Assembly (NCBI GenBank): GCA_049606355.1
Contig: JBMYVL010000001.1
Span: 230,299 to 262,298, forward strand
Source of the DNA: Opitutales bacterium
Lineage (GTDB): Bacteria > Verrucomicrobiota > Verrucomicrobiia > Opitutales > Coraliomargaritaceae
Reading direction: 5' to 3'
Length of the DNA stretch: 32,000 bases
The notes beneath the pieces are model-generated. The model saw only the letters and a program-made list of their open reading frames with translations, was not told the DNA's origin and did not search any database. Position numbers and translations under genes: made by a program. Of this stretch, positions 18,756 through 31,666 are shown piece by piece. How positions within the stretch are numbered: the stretch's first letter is position 1; each line of letters starts with the position of its first letter.

Positions 18756-19796
18756 TTAGTTGGCTTCATCGCCCTTCGAAATCGAATCACGCATGTCTGT
18801 ATCCGCCTTGATGTTATTGAGTCGGTAGTAGTCCATGACGCCCAAATTGCCGGTACGGAAGGCCTCTGCCAAAGCGAGCGGCACCTGCGCCTCCGCTTCA
18901 ACGACTTTCGCCTTCATTTCTTCGACCTTCGCTTTGTTTTCTTGCTCTGCAGCAACCGCCGCCGCACGCCGCATTTCTGCCTTAGCCTGAGCGACATTCT
19001 TATCCGCCTCTGCCTGCGATTCTTGCAACTTGGCGCCAATATTTTCGCCCACATCGACGTCGGCAATATCGATGGAGAGGATTTCAAATGCGGTCCCCAC
19101 ATCGAGGCCGCGATCGAGCACCACTTTAGAAATGGTATCGGGCGATTCGAGCACGGTCTTGTAGGAATCCGCCGAGCCAATCGTGGTAACGATGCCCTCA
19201 CCCACGCGAGCGATCACCGTTTCCTCCAAGGCGCTGCCAACATAGTTGTCCAGATTGGAGCGCACGGTGACGCGTGCCCGGGCCTTGACCTGAATGCCGT
19301 CCTTGGCGACGCCGTCGATCGTCGACCGCCCGCTCTGTGGGTTCGGACATTCAATCACCTTCGGGTTAATTGAGGTGCGTACCGCCTCCAGCACCGACTT
19401 GCCGGTGCCTTTCGTCGCCAAATCGATTGCGCAGGCGCGCTGCCAGTCGAGGTTGATATTCGCCTTATCGGCGGCGACCAGTGCCTGCACCGTCTGGATG
19501 ACATTTCCCTCTGCCAGGTAGTGTGCTTCGAGATCATTGGAGTCGAGTTCGATGCCAGCCTTCACCGCGGTGATCCGCGCGTCCACAATCAAGGAAGCAG
19601 GCACGCCCCGCAGGCGCATGGCAATCAAGGTCGGAAAGCCCACCGTTGCCTTGGCCAGGTAGGACTTCAGGAAGAGGCCGATGTAGGTGAAAAAAATCAC
19701 CGCGAAGACCAGCAGGAGGAGGCCCAAAACAAAGGCGATGGCAACCTGCCAACCGCCGATAAAGGCCAAAGTGTGTGTGAATAGCTCTGTGTTCAT
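18756..19796 (-). CDS. floA: Flotillin-like protein FloA (YqfA/UPF0365, SPFH superfamily)
   Basis: N-terminal TM hairpin. [46 protein letters not shown] and a C-terminal Ala/Glu-rich coiled region, collinear with B. subtilis YqfA as I recall it. ATGA overlap with the upstream nfeD stop. Confidence 0.92.
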   Translation of the reverse strand: MNTELFTHTLAFIGGWQVAIAFVLGLLLLVFAVIFFTYIGLFLKSYLAKATVGFPTLIAMRLRGVPASLIVDARITAVKAGIELDSNDLEAHYLAEGNVIQTVQALVAADKANINLDWQRACAIDLATKGTGKSVLEAVRTSINPKVIECPNPQSGRSTIDGVAKDGIQVKARARVTVRSNLDNYVGSALEETVIARVGEGIVTTIGSADSYKTVLESPDTISKVVLDRGLDVGTAFEILSIDIADVDVGENIGAKLQESQAEADKNVAQAKAEMRRAAAVAAEQENKAKVEEMKAKVVEAEAQVPLALAEAFRTGNLGVMDYYRLNNIKADTDMRDSISKGDEAN

Positions 19797-20254
19797 GATT
19801 TTTGAATAATTAACTTAAAACTGTCTTGGGAAACCACACGGATCGCTTGCTGGGCCTCAATGTACCCATCTTGTGAAATCGCTTCGTAGGACTGCCCATC
19901 CACGAGCACCCTGCCACTGGGGTTCAAGCGGGTCAATGTCGTACCAGACTGACCGATGATCGATGCATCCGCCTTACAGACATTTGAATGCCCCTCCACG
20001 GATCGACCCAAAAAGAAGCGCTTTCCGTACTGGGTTTGTGCAAACCACTTAAATTCCAAAATCGTCATCAGCAGTGCGAAGACCACGGTGCCGACAAAGA
20101 GCCCGCCGCCAACCCACAGGCCGTAGTCCTGAATCGCCAAGGCGGTCGCCGCCACGATACAGCCCGCCGCCAATAGACCCAGCAAGCCGCCGGGCAGGAG
20201 TACCTCCCAAAAAATCAGGACCAGGGCGCCAATAATTAAGCCCGCAATCAACAT
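19793..20254 (-). CDS. Short NfeD-family protein: TM helices plus a C-terminal OB-fold
   Basis: Three hydrophobic helices, then [38 protein letters not shown] (NfeD OB domain). ATG 20254 is preferred over TTG 20281. It overlaps the long nfeD stop by 7 nt. Confidence 0.85.
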   Translation of the reverse strand: MLIAGLIIGALVLIFWEVLLPGGLLGLLAAGCIVAATALAIQDYGLWVGGGLFVGTVVFALLMTILEFKWFAQTQYGKRFFLGRSVEGHSNVCKADASIIGQSGTTLTRLNPSGRVLVDGQSYEAISQDGYIEAQQAIRVVSQDSFKLIIQKS

Positions 20255-21687
20255 GGGTCGGTCACCTCCTCGACGATCCAACCAAAATCACTCGCGCCGA
20301 CCACACGCACCGTCGCGCCGAGATCAATCGACCCAACGGCACAGCTGGCCTCATAGCGCACACCATCGATCTCGACACGTCCGGCCGGATGCAGCGGCGT
20401 CACCACACGCCCCAAGTGCCCCAGCAGCGCTGGCTTTGCGGCAGACCCTGTGGCAGCAGGTCCACCGGCCACTTCGTCGAGCACCAGTTGACGCTCCATC
20501 CACGAACCTTTCAGCACCCTCGATAGCAGCAGTGCGCCCCCCATGGCGAGCGCCAGTCCAAAAATCAGATTCACCATCGGGCCAAGAAACAATTCAGCGG
20601 AAAGCTCGGTCTTCCCTCCTGGCCAAAAATCCACCATCGCCCACAGCAATGAGCCGGCCATGAGGAGCAAGCCACTCGCGGCAAACACGATCGTCCCGGC
20701 AAAGAAGAGGATTTCGGCCAGGATGAGCAGCACGCCGAGAATGAAAAATAGGATCGGCTCATTTCCCGCAAGCCCGGCGATATATTGGCTGATAAAGAAG
20801 ATCGCGATCAGGGTGATGCCGCCGATGCCAAAGATCCCGAAGCCGGGGGTCTTGAATTCGAGAAACAACAGCAACATGCCGATGCCCATCAACGCCGGCG
20901 CAAAGGTATTCAGCCATTTTGCCCATTCCTCTGAGTAGGTGATCTGGAAATCCTTTATCTCGTAGTGCCCCGCGCCAAACTTCGCAACGAGCAGCGCCTC
21001 GAGGTCCGGGTAGATCCCCGCACCCAGGAGTGGCTCCGGCGGCTCGCCATATTCCTGCATGGCTTCCGGGGCCGTAAGCGTGAGCAACTCACCTGCGGGC
21101 TTAATCACCGTCTCGCCGACCTTCAGTTCAAAATCCGCATCCAGCATGGCACGAATCACATCCGCTCGGTAGCGCTCTTCAGCCGCCATCACCCGGATGT
21201 TGGCCCGCAAATAACTCTCCATCTTCAAGCGTGCGGTTTCGGGAACATCTTCGCCGGTTCCCTGAATCACTGCCGAGGCACCAATCTTGCCACGTGGCGC
21301 AAAATAAATGGACTCGGTCGAGGCCGCGATAAATGAGCCTGCGGAGATCGCATCTTCATTCACATAAGTCGCCGTGATGCCATCAAAGCGATCCAGCGCT
21401 TCCATCATCTCTAAGCACACATCGACGCGCCCACCGGGTGTATCCATATCCAGGATCACCATCTCGATATCATTGCGAATGGCCTCTTTAAGCCCGCGCC
21501 GCAGAATATACAGATTCGGCTTCCCAATCATCCCCTCAATTGGGATCACGTAGACCGCGACCTTCTCGATCGCTGCGGGGCGCGCATCGATCTCCGACGA
21601 ATCCACTAGCGGGCTTTGCGCCACTGCGGTGACCGTGAGAGCGCTCCACAGGAGCCATAAGAGCCAGTAACGCTGCAAAAAAGACAT
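20248..21687 (-). CDS. Long NfeD-family membrane-bound ClpP-class serine protease (YqeZ-like)
   Basis: Signal peptide, ClpP/SppA-like domain ([11 protein letters not shown]...[12 protein letters not shown]...[11 protein letters not shown]), multi-TM region and C-terminal OB ([24 protein letters not shown]). Confidence 0.9.
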   Translation of the reverse strand: MSFLQRYWLLWLLWSALTVTAVAQSPLVDSSEIDARPAAIEKVAVYVIPIEGMIGKPNLYILRRGLKEAIRNDIEMVILDMDTPGGRVDVCLEMMEALDRFDGITATYVNEDAISAGSFIAASTESIYFAPRGKIGASAVIQGTGEDVPETARLKMESYLRANIRVMAAEERYRADVIRAMLDADFELKVGETVIKPAGELLTLTAPEAMQEYGEPPEPLLGAGIYPDLEALLVAKFGAGHYEIKDFQITYSEEWAKWLNTFAPALMGIGMLLLFLEFKTPGFGIFGIGGITLIAIFFISQYIAGLAGNEPILFFILGVLLILAEILFFAGTIVFAASGLLLMAGSLLWAMVDFWPGGKTELSAELFLGPMVNLIFGLALAMGGALLLSRVLKGSWMERQLVLDEVAGGPAATGSAAKPALLGHLGRVVTPLHPAGRVEIDGVRYEASCAVGSIDLGATVRVVGASDFGWIVEEVTDPC

Positions 21688-21801
21688 GTGCTCTCAGCAT
21701 GCGCGCCTATTTTAAGAAGGCAAGCTCCACAGCGCTGAATTCACGCGGCGCAGTAGTTCAGGCTTCTCAGCCCGCGCTTTTCGCATAGGCTGCTGCACCG
21801 T

Positions 21802-22728
21802 ATGGAAACGATCGAGTATAATGGCATGCACCTACAGCGTTGGAACTGCGGTCCCTCTACTTTTTTAGCGGACCCTGAGCAGGGCGCGCGGCTGATCCAC
21901 TGGAATATACGGATGTCGGACGGCTCGTACCGCGACGTCATTCATTGGCCCGAAACGATCGGCAGCACGCCCTTCGCAAAAGTGCGCGGTGGCAACCCCA
22001 TCCTATTTCCCTTTGCGGGGCGTAGCTTCCACGAGGGGCAAATCGGCCGCTGGCAAGATGCGCAGGGCGTGGTTCGTCCGATGCCGAATAATGGCTTCGC
22101 TCGTGAAAGCCACTTTAAGCTGATTCAATCGACTCCGCGCAGCTTCATCGCCGAACTCCAACCGGATGCGGCGGCCCGCGAAGCCTACCCCTTCGATTAT
22201 CGTTTCACCGTGTGTTATGAATTCTCGGAGGTCGCATTTAAAGTTTACCTAAGCCTCGAAAATCAGGGCGAGCAGCCCTTGCTCTGGTCCGCGGGGCATC
22301 ACTTTTATTTTGCGCTGCCGTGGCATGAGGACCTTTCCCGAAAGGATTACCGCTTTCAGGTGCCCGCCAAGAAATGCTTCACGCATGCACCGGACGGCTC
22401 TTTGCAAGCAGTTGAAAAAGGCTGGGATCGCGACCTGTCGTTCGGCAATCCTGCCAATACCGACCGCATCTACACCAAACTCACCGGGGACACGCTGCGC
22501 TTCGGCCCCAATGGCGGTGAAGAAGATATCGGCATTCGCTTCCTCAGCGACTCCACTACGGTCTCCGCGTGGAATGCTTTTCTGGTCTGGACCGAGTCGG
22601 CCGACAGCCCCTTTTATTGCGTCGAACCATGGATGGGGCCGCCCAACAGCAGCGGCCACGGCAAGGGGCTGCACGCGGTTAACCCCGCTTCCAGCGCGAG
22701 CTTCGGCGTGGAAGTCGCGCTGATTTAG
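21802..22728 (+). CDS. Aldose 1-epimerase (galactose mutarotase-like) family protein
   Basis: [23 protein letters not shown] and VEPWMG motifs correspond to the mutarotase-fold signature blocks. The usual HGFAR His is Asn here. Confidence 0.7.
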   Translation: METIEYNGMHLQRWNCGPSTFLADPEQGARLIHWNIRMSDGSYRDVIHWPETIGSTPFAKVRGGNPILFPFAGRSFHEGQIGRWQDAQGVVRPMPNNGFARESHFKLIQSTPRSFIAELQPDAAAREAYPFDYRFTVCYEFSEVAFKVYLSLENQGEQPLLWSAGHHFYFALPWHEDLSRKDYRFQVPAKKCFTHAPDGSLQAVEKGWDRDLSFGNPANTDRIYTKLTGDTLRFGPNGGEEDIGIRFLSDSTTVSAWNAFLVWTESADSPFYCVEPWMGPPNSSGHGKGLHAVNPASSASFGVEVALI

Positions 22729-22839
22729 CGGCCGCGCGGCATTTTTAGGCACTCTAAGAAGCCCCGCCGCAGGGGCAGAAACTTCTCGAAATCGCCGCAC
22801 ACTCCGTCAAACTACCCGCTTTTGTAATCACGCTTCCTT

Positions 22840-24186
<1,347 letters not shown>

Positions 24187-24189
24187 GTT

Positions 24190-25662
24190 GTGAATACTGC
24201 CATCATTTATCGGCTGCTGAGCATGGTGCTGCTCGCGCTCTCGGGGGCGTTTGGGCTCTGTGTGCTGGTCGGCCGCATCGCCGGCGAAAGCTTTGCAGAT
24301 CGCTCCCTGCAAGCCTTTGCGGCGACGATCGGCGTCAGCTTAGTGCTCGCCCTCCTGTTTCATTGGCGTGGGCGCAGCGGAAGCGCCAAGCTCTTTCGCC
24401 GCGAAGCGCTGTGCGCCATCGGCCTGTCGTGGTTCGTCGCGACCTTGGTCGGCGCAATTCCCTACGTGCTGACGGTCGAGCACTGCGACCTCGCCGATGC
24501 GATTTTTGAATCCTCTTCGGGCCTGACCACCACCGGCGCGACCGCCTTCAAGGATTTTGCCGACTTCCCGAAAAGCTTACTGTTTTGGCGTTCGCTGAGC
24601 CAGTGGGTCGGCGGCTTGGGTGTGGTGGTGTTCTTCGTCGCCATTCTCTCCTCATTGGGTGCGGGTGCGAAGATTCTCTTTAGTAACGAATCCTCCGGCG
24701 CCTCCTCGGACTTTGAGCAGGGGCGGGTACAAAAAGGCGCGTTGAGCCTGCTGCTCTATTATCTCGGCATCTCCTTCGCCTGCCTGCTGGCCTATAAACT
24801 CGGCGGTATGGATTGGTTTCAAGCGATCAACCATGCCATGACCACAGTCGCCACCGGGGGGTTCAGCACTCAAGCCGGCAGCTTCGAAGAGTTTAACAGC
24901 CCGGCGCTGGAGTGGATCGCCATCGTGTTCATGATCCTCAGCGCCACAACCTTCGTCTATGTGATACGTTTGCTCAAGGGCCGGCGCGAGATCCTGCGGC
25001 AAAACAATGAGGTGTACTGGTTTTATGCGCTGCTCGTCGGCGCCACCGCGTTACTGACGCTGTATTTAATCGAGCTGCGCGGCGAGTGGCCCAACCATGA
25101 ACTACTGCGTCTGGCGGCGTTTCAGGCGACGTCCATCCTGACCACCACCGGCTATGCCTCAGCCGATTTTGACAGCTGGCTGCCCCCGGCCAAAATGCTG
25201 CTGATCATTCTGATGTTTATCGGCGGCTGTTCGGGCTCAACCGCTGGCGGCGTTAAGATGGTGCGGGTGGTCATTGCCCTGCGCGCGGTGGGCCGCAGTA
25301 TCGTCCATTCCTTCCGGCCACAGATTACCGTGCCGATGCGCCTCGGCGGCCGCGTCCTCAGCGAGCGAGCGATCCAGAGCGTGATGATCTTCCTGCTGCT
25401 GATGATCGCACTACAGATCTTCGCGATGCTGTTTGTCTCCGCCAACGAGCCGGACATCAGCTTTTTGGCGGTTTTTTCCTGCGTACAATCGACGCTGTTT
25501 AATATTGGCCCCGGGTTTGACGCCGTCGGCCCCACGGAAAATTTTCACTTCCTGCGCAGCTCGACCAAGCTCTTCCTGACCCTGCTGATGACCTTAGGTC
25601 GCCTCGAGCTCTATGCAGTGTTGGTGCTGTTCGCACCGAGCGTTTGGAAGCACTACGCCTAG
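24190..25662 (+). CDS. trkH: Trk potassium uptake system membrane subunit TrkH
   Basis: GTG start 3 nt after the trkA stop. Four pore-loop motifs ([34 protein letters not shown]) and the [12 protein letters not shown] gating loop. Confidence 0.93.
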   Translation: MNTAIIYRLLSMVLLALSGAFGLCVLVGRIAGESFADRSLQAFAATIGVSLVLALLFHWRGRSGSAKLFRREALCAIGLSWFVATLVGAIPYVLTVEHCDLADAIFESSSGLTTTGATAFKDFADFPKSLLFWRSLSQWVGGLGVVVFFVAILSSLGAGAKILFSNESSGASSDFEQGRVQKGALSLLLYYLGISFACLLAYKLGGMDWFQAINHAMTTVATGGFSTQAGSFEEFNSPALEWIAIVFMILSATTFVYVIRLLKGRREILRQNNEVYWFYALLVGATALLTLYLIELRGEWPNHELLRLAAFQATSILTTTGYASADFDSWLPPAKMLLIILMFIGGCSGSTAGGVKMVRVVIALRAVGRSIVHSFRPQITVPMRLGGRVLSERAIQSVMIFLLLMIALQIFAMLFVSANEPDISFLAVFSCVQSTLFNIGPGFDAVGPTENFHFLRSSTKLFLTLLMTLGRLELYAVLVLFAPSVWKHYA

Positions 25663-25704
25663 GCGCGCCGCTGTTGACACTCGTGCCGGCGGCAGTGGTC
25701 GCGA

Positions 25705-25938
25705 CTACTCGTCGTCGTCCCCGATCGCTTCAACCGGGCAGCCTTCCAGGGCTTCGTTGCAGAGCTCCAGCTCCTCGGGCGATTCTGGCTGCTTGTACAC
25801 ATAGGAGTAGCCACCGTCCTCGTTGCGGGTGAAATTATCCGGTGCGGTCTCACGGCAAAGGTCACAGTCAATGCACTGCTCATCGACATAGAACTTGCCC
25901 TTCACGTTTTCCGGCCACTTTTCATCTTTTTCTGCCAT
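25705..25938 (-). CDS. Small [4Fe-4S] single-cluster ferredoxin
   Basis: CIDCDLCRETAP ... EGCPVEAI cysteine pattern, 77 aa, acidic C-terminus. Confidence 0.85.
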   Translation of the reverse strand: MAEKDEKWPENVKGKFYVDEQCIDCDLCRETAPDNFTRNEDGGYSYVYKQPESPEELELCNEALEGCPVEAIGDDDE

Positions 25939-25947
25939 AGGGGACAG

Positions 25948-25974
25948 AGGCTATTGAATTCCGTACGGTGTCAA
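25948..25974 (-). promoter_or_regulatory. Candidate promoter for the ferredoxin gene
   Basis: In gene orientation: TTGACA-N15-TAGCCT-N9-ATG. The -35 is perfect, the -10 is weak and the spacer is short. Confidence 0.25.
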
Positions 25975-26055
25975 GCGGTAAGCCATGGAACTCCCGCGAC
26001 ATTATCTGGTCTCGAACCTTGGCAAAGCCGCCGCAATGGCTACGCTTTAAGTTTC

Positions 26056-26970
26056 ATGCTCTACGATCGACCTTACATGCGCCAACCGCAGGCGCCCCAT
26101 CCCACACAGCGCATGCCGGTGGTGACGCTGTTGCTCATTATAACGATCTGTGTCTTCGTCCTACAGCAGCTATTCAATGTGCTCTTCCCTAACCCCTACC
26201 TGCCGGGGAATGAAAACGCCTTCATGGCACAGTGGTTTGCGCTGAGCGGTGAAAACTTTCGTGCTCTCAAAATATGGACGCTGCTCAGTTACAGTTTCCT
26301 GCACAGCACCCAAAGCCTGATGCACCTCATCGGCAATATGCTGGGCTTATTTTTTATCGGCCGGATCCTCGAGCCGATTTTAGGGCGGCATAAATTTCTG
26401 CTGCTGTATTTTAGTGGCGCCGTCTGTGGTGGCCTGCTCTACCTGCTGCTGCATTTCAGCGGCTCGACCGTGGTGGTGGGTGCCTCTGCCGCGGTGTTTG
26501 CGCTCCTGACGGTGTTCTGCCAGATCCACCCGGAGCGCCCTATCACCCTACTGCTTTTTTTCATCTTACCGGTGACGGTCAAACCGCGCTATGTCTTTTG
26601 GGCGAGCCTCGCCATCTCTGCCCTGGGCCTGCTCTTTTATGAGCTTTCCGGGCGTTCCCACTTGGCGCATTCGGCGCACTTGGGTGGCATCCTGTTGGGC
26701 TTGGTGTTTTACCGCACGGTGTATCTGCCCGGCTCAATTTTCTCCACCTTCGGCAGTGGCAAGTCGCACATTCGCCCGCCTGAATGGCTCAAGCGTCACG
26801 CCAAAAAGGGTGCCGAGAAGCTCGACTACAGCGTCAACCGCTCGCGCCGCAGCGACCGCCAAAAAGAAGTCGACCGCATCTTGGATAAAATCAACACCTC
26901 CGGATTCGGCTCCTTAAGTGAGGCGGAAAAGTCGACCCTTGAACGCGCGAAAGATCTGTTCAATTCCTAA
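26056..26970 (+). CDS. Rhomboid-family intramembrane serine protease with a C-terminal soluble extension
   Basis: HLIGNM, catalytic Ser in GASAAVFALL and catalytic His in AHLGGILLG. ATG 26056 is preferred over TTG 25954. The C-terminal tail is KEVDRILDKINTSGFGSLSEAEKSTLERAK. Confidence 0.9.
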   Translation: MLYDRPYMRQPQAPHPTQRMPVVTLLLIITICVFVLQQLFNVLFPNPYLPGNENAFMAQWFALSGENFRALKIWTLLSYSFLHSTQSLMHLIGNMLGLFFIGRILEPILGRHKFLLLYFSGAVCGGLLYLLLHFSGSTVVVGASAAVFALLTVFCQIHPERPITLLLFFILPVTVKPRYVFWASLAISALGLLFYELSGRSHLAHSAHLGGILLGLVFYRTVYLPGSIFSTFGSGKSHIRPPEWLKRHAKKGAEKLDYSVNRSRRSDRQKEVDRILDKINTSGFGSLSEAEKSTLERAKDLFNS

Positions 26971-27009
26971 AGCGCGCGAGACCACTTCCGCGACCCTTCC
27001 CTCTTTTTT

Positions 27010-29382
27010 ATGACATCCGCTTACAGTCTTCTTCTACGCAGCGCGTTACTGGCACTGCTGCTCACTGCCCCCGCCCTCAGTAGCCACGCGAAGCTCGAGC
27101 CCACGCGCGAAATGCGCGACCAAACACGCTGGGTGGTCAACACCATCAACAACCGCCACTACCTGCGCGAGAGCATCGACGCGCTCGATGGGCGCGAGAT
27201 CGTCGAAGCATATATCGAATCCTTCGATTACAGCCGCATGTATTTCATTCAGCCTGAGATCGATACCTTCAGCTTCCGCTTCAGCGCCTCGATGGAGGAC
27301 TTCCTCGAAAAGGGGAACCTGTATGCGGCCTTTGAAATCTACACGGCCTACACAAAAAAAGCGCAGGCCCGCACGGACTGGGTCTACCAACGCTTGGAGC
27401 AGCCCTTTGATTTTACGCTTGAGGAAACCTTTACCCCCGATCGCCGCGAAGCCGCCTGGCCGGGCTCTGCGAGTGCCGCCAACCAACTCTGGGAACGGCG
27501 CCTCAAATACGAACTGCTCAATGAGCTACTCTCGCTTGCCGCCGAATCCGATCCGGACACTGTCAGCAACGGCGTAAAAAACCCCGATCTGATTACCGGC
27601 GACGACGAGGCGGAGTTTGATCCCGCCAAATTACAGCGCCTGCTGGACGACCCGGACTTCAACGCCCAGAAACTGACGGAAGCCAAAAAAACGATCCGCC
27701 GCCGCTACGAGCGCAATCTCAACTATGCGCTCGATCGCGAGGCCGCCGAAGTACAGGAGGCCTACATCAATGCGATGACGCAGCTCTTCGATCCGCACTC
27801 CACCTTCTTGTCCGCCGATACGCTGGAAAGTTTTAACTCCACCGTGCAAAACTCCTTTGTCGGCATCGGCGCCATGCTGCAGGACGATGATGGCATCTGT
27901 GTGATCAAGGAGATCCTGCCCGGCGGGCCTGCCGAAGCCTCCGGCAAACTGCACCCGGAAGATAAAATTCTCGCTGTCGCGCAGGGGCGCAGCGGCGAAT
28001 TTGAAGACGTCGTCGATATGCAACTGCGCTACATTGTGCGTAAGATCAAAGGGAAGAAAGGCACCGTGGTGCGCCTGCTCATCCGCCCCGGAGACGCCCT
28101 CGATCCTTCCGCGCGCAAAGAGGTCCTGATCGTGCGCAATGAGGTGAAGCTCACCGCCAATCTGGCCACGGCAAAGCTCATCACGGTTCCCGGCGAAGCC
28201 AAGCAGACGGTCGCCGTCGGCGTCATTGAACTGCCGTCCTTTTATGGCAACATCGGCGCCGGCGACACACTGACCACCACCTCCGAGGACATTACCGAAC
28301 TGCTTGGCAAGCTCCGCGAAGCCGGCGCAGAGGGCATCGTCCTCGACCTGCGTATGAATGGGGGCGGCTTACTGACCGAGGCCGTGCGCGTGGCCGGGCT
28401 CTTCATCCCGACCGGACCGGTGGTGCAGGTGCGTGATAAGGACGGACGCATCGACGTGATTCCCGACCGCGACCCGCGCGTCGCCTGGGAGGGCCCCTTG
28501 ATCGTGCTGACTTCGCGCTTCAGTGCATCAGCTTCCGAGATTGTTGCCGGCGCCCTGCAGGACCATGGCCGTGCGCTGATTATCGGCAATAGCTCCACAC
28601 ACGGTAAAGGCACCGTGCAAGAGGTGTACCATATGGCCAATCGACCGCTGTTCTCCTTTTTCCCGCAGAGTGCCCCCGCCACTCGGCCCGTTGCCACAAA
28701 AATTACCATTAAGCAGTTTTACCTGCCGGGCGGCAGCTCCACCCAAGTCAAAGGAGTACCGTCCGACATCATCCTGCCTTCCGTCAATGAGTTCCTGCCG
28801 ATTGGCGAGTCCGACCTCGACCACGCCCTACCCTGGGATTACATCCCTGCCACACAACTGGGCGCCAGTTGGAACCGCACCCGCATCAGCGGCGCAAGCC
28901 ACAGCGAATTGCGCCGTAGCCTCGAGCAAGCCAGCTTAACCCGCCAGGCCACTCTGGAGGAATTTGACTTCTTGCAGCGCCAAATCGACTGGCGCCAGCA
29001 GCGCTACGACGAAAAAGCGGTCTCGCTCCACCTCAAGCGGCGCATCACTCAAAAGATCCACGAGCAACACTACCTCGAGGAGCTGGATGCGGCTTACGAA
29101 GCGCTCAGTGCGCAGAATTATCAGATGGAGGCATTCGTCACCCAGATCTCGGCAGAGCAGGAAGCGCTCTCGCAAAAGAATCAAGCGCAGGCGGAACTGG
29201 CCGATGCTGGCTCGGCCGAGCGTGCGGCAACAGCCGACGATCCTGACGGCGAGGAAGCCGACGACAGCCCGCCCTTTGATATTTATCTGCGCGAGAGTGC
29301 CCGCATCATGGCCGACTGGGTCGCGTTCAACTCCGGCGCCAGCACCGCGCCGACACCTGCCATTGCGGCCGCGATCGAGTGA
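27010..29382 (+). CDS. Tail-specific (C-terminal processing) protease, S41 family, Prc/Tsp-like
   Basis: Signal peptide. PDZ domain ([30 protein letters not shown]). S41 Ser/Lys dyad context ([18 protein letters not shown] ... THGKGTVQ). Long C-terminal helical/acidic extension. Confidence 0.92.
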   Translation: MTSAYSLLLRSALLALLLTAPALSSHAKLEPTREMRDQTRWVVNTINNRHYLRESIDALDGREIVEAYIESFDYSRMYFIQPEIDTFSFRFSASMEDFLEKGNLYAAFEIYTAYTKKAQARTDWVYQRLEQPFDFTLEETFTPDRREAAWPGSASAANQLWERRLKYELLNELLSLAAESDPDTVSNGVKNPDLITGDDEAEFDPAKLQRLLDDPDFNAQKLTEAKKTIRRRYERNLNYALDREAAEVQEAYINAMTQLFDPHSTFLSADTLESFNSTVQNSFVGIGAMLQDDDGICVIKEILPGGPAEASGKLHPEDKILAVAQGRSGEFEDVVDMQLRYIVRKIKGKKGTVVRLLIRPGDALDPSARKEVLIVRNEVKLTANLATAKLITVPGEAKQTVAVGVIELPSFYGNIGAGDTLTTTSEDITELLGKLREAGAEGIVLDLRMNGGGLLTEAVRVAGLFIPTGPVVQVRDKDGRIDVIPDRDPRVAWEGPLIVLTSRFSASASEIVAGALQDHGRALIIGNSSTHGKGTVQEVYHMANRPLFSFFPQSAPATRPVATKITIKQFYLPGGSSTQVKGVPSDIILPSVNEFLPIGESDLDHALPWDYIPATQLGASWNRTRISGASHSELRRSLEQASLTRQATLEEFDFLQRQIDWRQQRYDEKAVSLHLKRRITQKIHEQHYLEELDAAYEALSAQNYQMEAFVTQISAEQEALSQKNQAQAELADAGSAERAATADDPDGEEADDSPPFDIYLRESARIMADWVAFNSGASTAPTPAIAAAIE

Positions 29383-29475
29383 GCCGAGCCACCGGCCCTC
29401 AAGCCGTTCAGCGAACTGCGGCGTCTCCGCAGCCCAGCTCTACGCCGCAGGCGGCGACCCGGCGAGACGCTCGGT

Positions 29476-30336
29476 TCAGGACTCACTGAGGCCGTGGTGG
29501 GCGAAGTAAAACCGCGGGCGCCCGCTTAAATCCTCCACGCACTCGCCGGTCATGCCAGCCGCCCGTACCAGAGCCTCCAGTTCAGCCTGCTGGTCGATGC
29601 CGGTCTCCAGTGCCAGTAAGCCGCCGGGGCGCAAGCGTTGCGGGGCCTCCGCGATAATCGTGCGCAAATCCTGCAGCCCATCGGCACCGGCAACCAGTGC
29701 GCTGTGCGGCTCATGCGCGAGCACCTCCGGCGCCGCGGTCGTCATTTCCGCGGTGGTCAAATACGGCGGGTTGGAAACGATCCAATCAAACGTCTCCCCT
29801 GCCGGTAGCGCACTGTACCAGCTCCCCTCGACAAACTGTATCGACGCAGCGGCCGCAGCCGCATTCTCCCGGGCCAGCGCCAGTGCATCCGCCGAGCGAT
29901 CCACCGCAGTGACGCTTGCCTCGGGGTAGGCCTGTGCCAAGGCGATCGCCAAGGCGCCACTACCGGTGCCGAGATCTAAAATCCGCTGCGGCGCGGACTG
30001 GCAGCGCTCACACACCCGCTCAAATAATTCTTCGGTCTCCGGCCGCGGGATCAAGGCGCGCGCGTCCACCTTCAGCGAGACCCCCGCAAAATCAACCGAG
30101 CCTATAATATATTGCAAGGGCTCCCGCCCCGCTCGGCGCTGCACCAAGGGGCGCAAGCCATCCAATTGCGCGGCGGTCAGCGGCCGTTGCAGATCCAGAT
30201 ACAGCTCCAGTCGTTGGATGCCGAGGGCATGTGCAATCAGTAGATCGGCATCCAGCTTGGCATTCGGCACCCCCTTTTGTTCAAAGTACGCGGTGGTGCG
30301 CTGCTGGATTTCGCGAATGCTCAGCAACTCGCTCAC
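29476..30336 (-). CDS. prmC: Release-factor glutamine N5-methyltransferase PrmC (HemK)
   Basis: SAM motif [12 protein letters not shown] and the NPPY motif (IVSNPPY). The GTG start overlaps the prfA stop (GTGA). Confidence 0.93.
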   Translation of the reverse strand: MSELLSIREIQQRTTAYFEQKGVPNAKLDADLLIAHALGIQRLELYLDLQRPLTAAQLDGLRPLVQRRAGREPLQYIIGSVDFAGVSLKVDARALIPRPETEELFERVCERCQSAPQRILDLGTGSGALAIALAQAYPEASVTAVDRSADALALARENAAAAAASIQFVEGSWYSALPAGETFDWIVSNPPYLTTAEMTTAAPEVLAHEPHSALVAGADGLQDLRTIIAEAPQRLRPGGLLALETGIDQQAELEALVRAAGMTGECVEDLSGRPRFYFAHHGLSES

Positions 30337-31421
30337 TCTTCCTGCGCCTTGAGGAGGTTCTCGATCCGCGCCTCGTAGTCGACATTGTACAGCGCTTCAA
30401 TGAGCCCATCCAAATCGCCATCGATGACCGACGGCAGCGAGAGATTCATGCCGATGCGATGATCCGTGAGCCGCCCCTGCGGATAATTGTAAGTGCGAAT
30501 GCGCTCCGAACGATCGCCCGTGCCAATCTGCCCCTTGCGCTCCGCAGCATACTTGGCGTTTTCTTCATCGACCTTGGCCTGCAGCAAGCGCGAACGCATC
30601 ACCGTGAGCGCTTTGGCGCGGTTCTTAATTTGCGAGCGTTCGTCGGCGCAATAGACCGTCACTCCGGTCGGTTTGTGCACCATCATCACCGCCGAATCGG
30701 TGGTATTCACGTGCTGCCCACCCGCACCCGAGGCGCGCATGGTAGAGATCTCCAAGTCCTGCGGGTTGATCTGTATATCCACTTCCTCCGCTTCGGGCAA
30801 CACCGCCACCGTCGCCGTCGAGGTATGGATGCGCCCCTGCGTCTCGGTCACGGGGACACGCTGCACACGGTGCACCCCACTCTCAAATTTGAGGTGCTTG
30901 TAGGCATCTGCGCCGCTGATGTTGAAAATAATTTCGCGGTAGCCGCCGGTCTCCGCGGGGCTGGTATGCATCACCTCGACGCGCCAGCCCTTGGCCTCCG
31001 CGTAACGCACATACATGCGGTACAAATCACCCGCGAAGATATTGGCCTCATCGCCCCCTGCGCCGCCGCGGATCTCCATCACCGAATTACGGCTATCCGT
31101 CGGATCGGGCGGAATCATGGCACGCAGCACCGCGGTCTCCAGACCCTGCAGCTCCGCCTGCAAGCTCTCCACCTCTTCGGCCGCCATCTCCCGAAGCTCG
31201 GCCTCGAGCGTGGCATCTTCCAAGAGCGACTGGTTTTCGGCAATTTGCTTTTGCGCCCTATGAAAGGCTTCAAACCTTTCGATCAATCCGCTGACGTGCT
31301 GGTGCTCGCGCGAGACCTCCGCCGCACGGCGTTGATCCGCATAGAAATTGGGATCGGCCATCTGCGCATCCAGCTCAGCCAGTTTATCTCGAAAGGGCGC
31401 AATATCAGGAATCGTTGCCAT
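30333..31421 (-). CDS. prfA: Peptide chain release factor 1
   Basis: GGQ motif ([15 protein letters not shown]). RF1-type codon-recognition tripeptide in [20 protein letters not shown] 31421 gives an RF1-typical length of 362 aa. An in-frame ATG at 31466 is an alternative start. Confidence 0.96.
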   Translation of the reverse strand: MATIPDIAPFRDKLAELDAQMADPNFYADQRRAAEVSREHQHVSGLIERFEAFHRAQKQIAENQSLLEDATLEAELREMAAEEVESLQAELQGLETAVLRAMIPPDPTDSRNSVMEIRGGAGGDEANIFAGDLYRMYVRYAEAKGWRVEVMHTSPAETGGYREIIFNISGADAYKHLKFESGVHRVQRVPVTETQGRIHTSTATVAVLPEAEEVDIQINPQDLEISTMRASGAGGQHVNTTDSAVMMVHKPTGVTVYCADERSQIKNRAKALTVMRSRLLQAKVDEENAKYAAERKGQIGTGDRSERIRTYNYPQGRLTDHRIGMNLSLPSVIDGDLDGLIEALYNVDYEARIENLLKAQEE

Positions 31422-31615
31422 AATGATGTCGTTCGTCCCGCAGAAGCTGCGGTGCTGCCCATCCATCACCGAAAGTGTCGGCGAGGTCAATCTCGGAGCG
31501 TCCGTTCCGCGCCTGTTATCCTGCCTCGACCACCCTGGCGCCTTACTGCTCGCAGTTCAGCGGCGCGGCTTCAGCCCGTTGCGGTTCAATCCAGCGCCGT
31601 GTGCGCAGCCCGGGC

Positions 31616-31643
31616 ACAAAAAAGCCGCCTTGCAAGAGGCGGC
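31616..31643 (-). terminator. Rho-independent terminator of the partial upstream gene
   Basis: On the minus strand: GCCGCCT-cttgca-AGGCGGC followed by TTTTTTGT. It lies 24 nt after the stop at 31667-31669. Confidence 0.85.
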
Positions 31644-31666
31644 TGGCAAAGGAACACGCGGCGCGC

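Noticed and set aside
22729-22839. Possible c-di-AMP (ydaO-type) riboswitch or other leader upstream of trkA, and a weak terminator-like GCCGCGCGGC-ATTTTTA after the epimerase-like gene
   Set aside because: At 111 nt the region is shorter than the riboswitch and I see none of its conserved blocks. The GC palindrome has only a 4-bp stem with a short T-run, so it is not called as a feature.
31422-31615. 194-nt untranslated region upstream of prfA, examined for a riboswitch, small RNA, tRNA-like fold or leader peptide
   Set aside because: It contains only a short CCGCAG-ctt-CTGCGG hairpin and a TTGACC -35-like hexamer without a convincing -10. No known RNA family signature is recognised. The in-frame ATG at 31466 is noted as an alternative prfA start instead.
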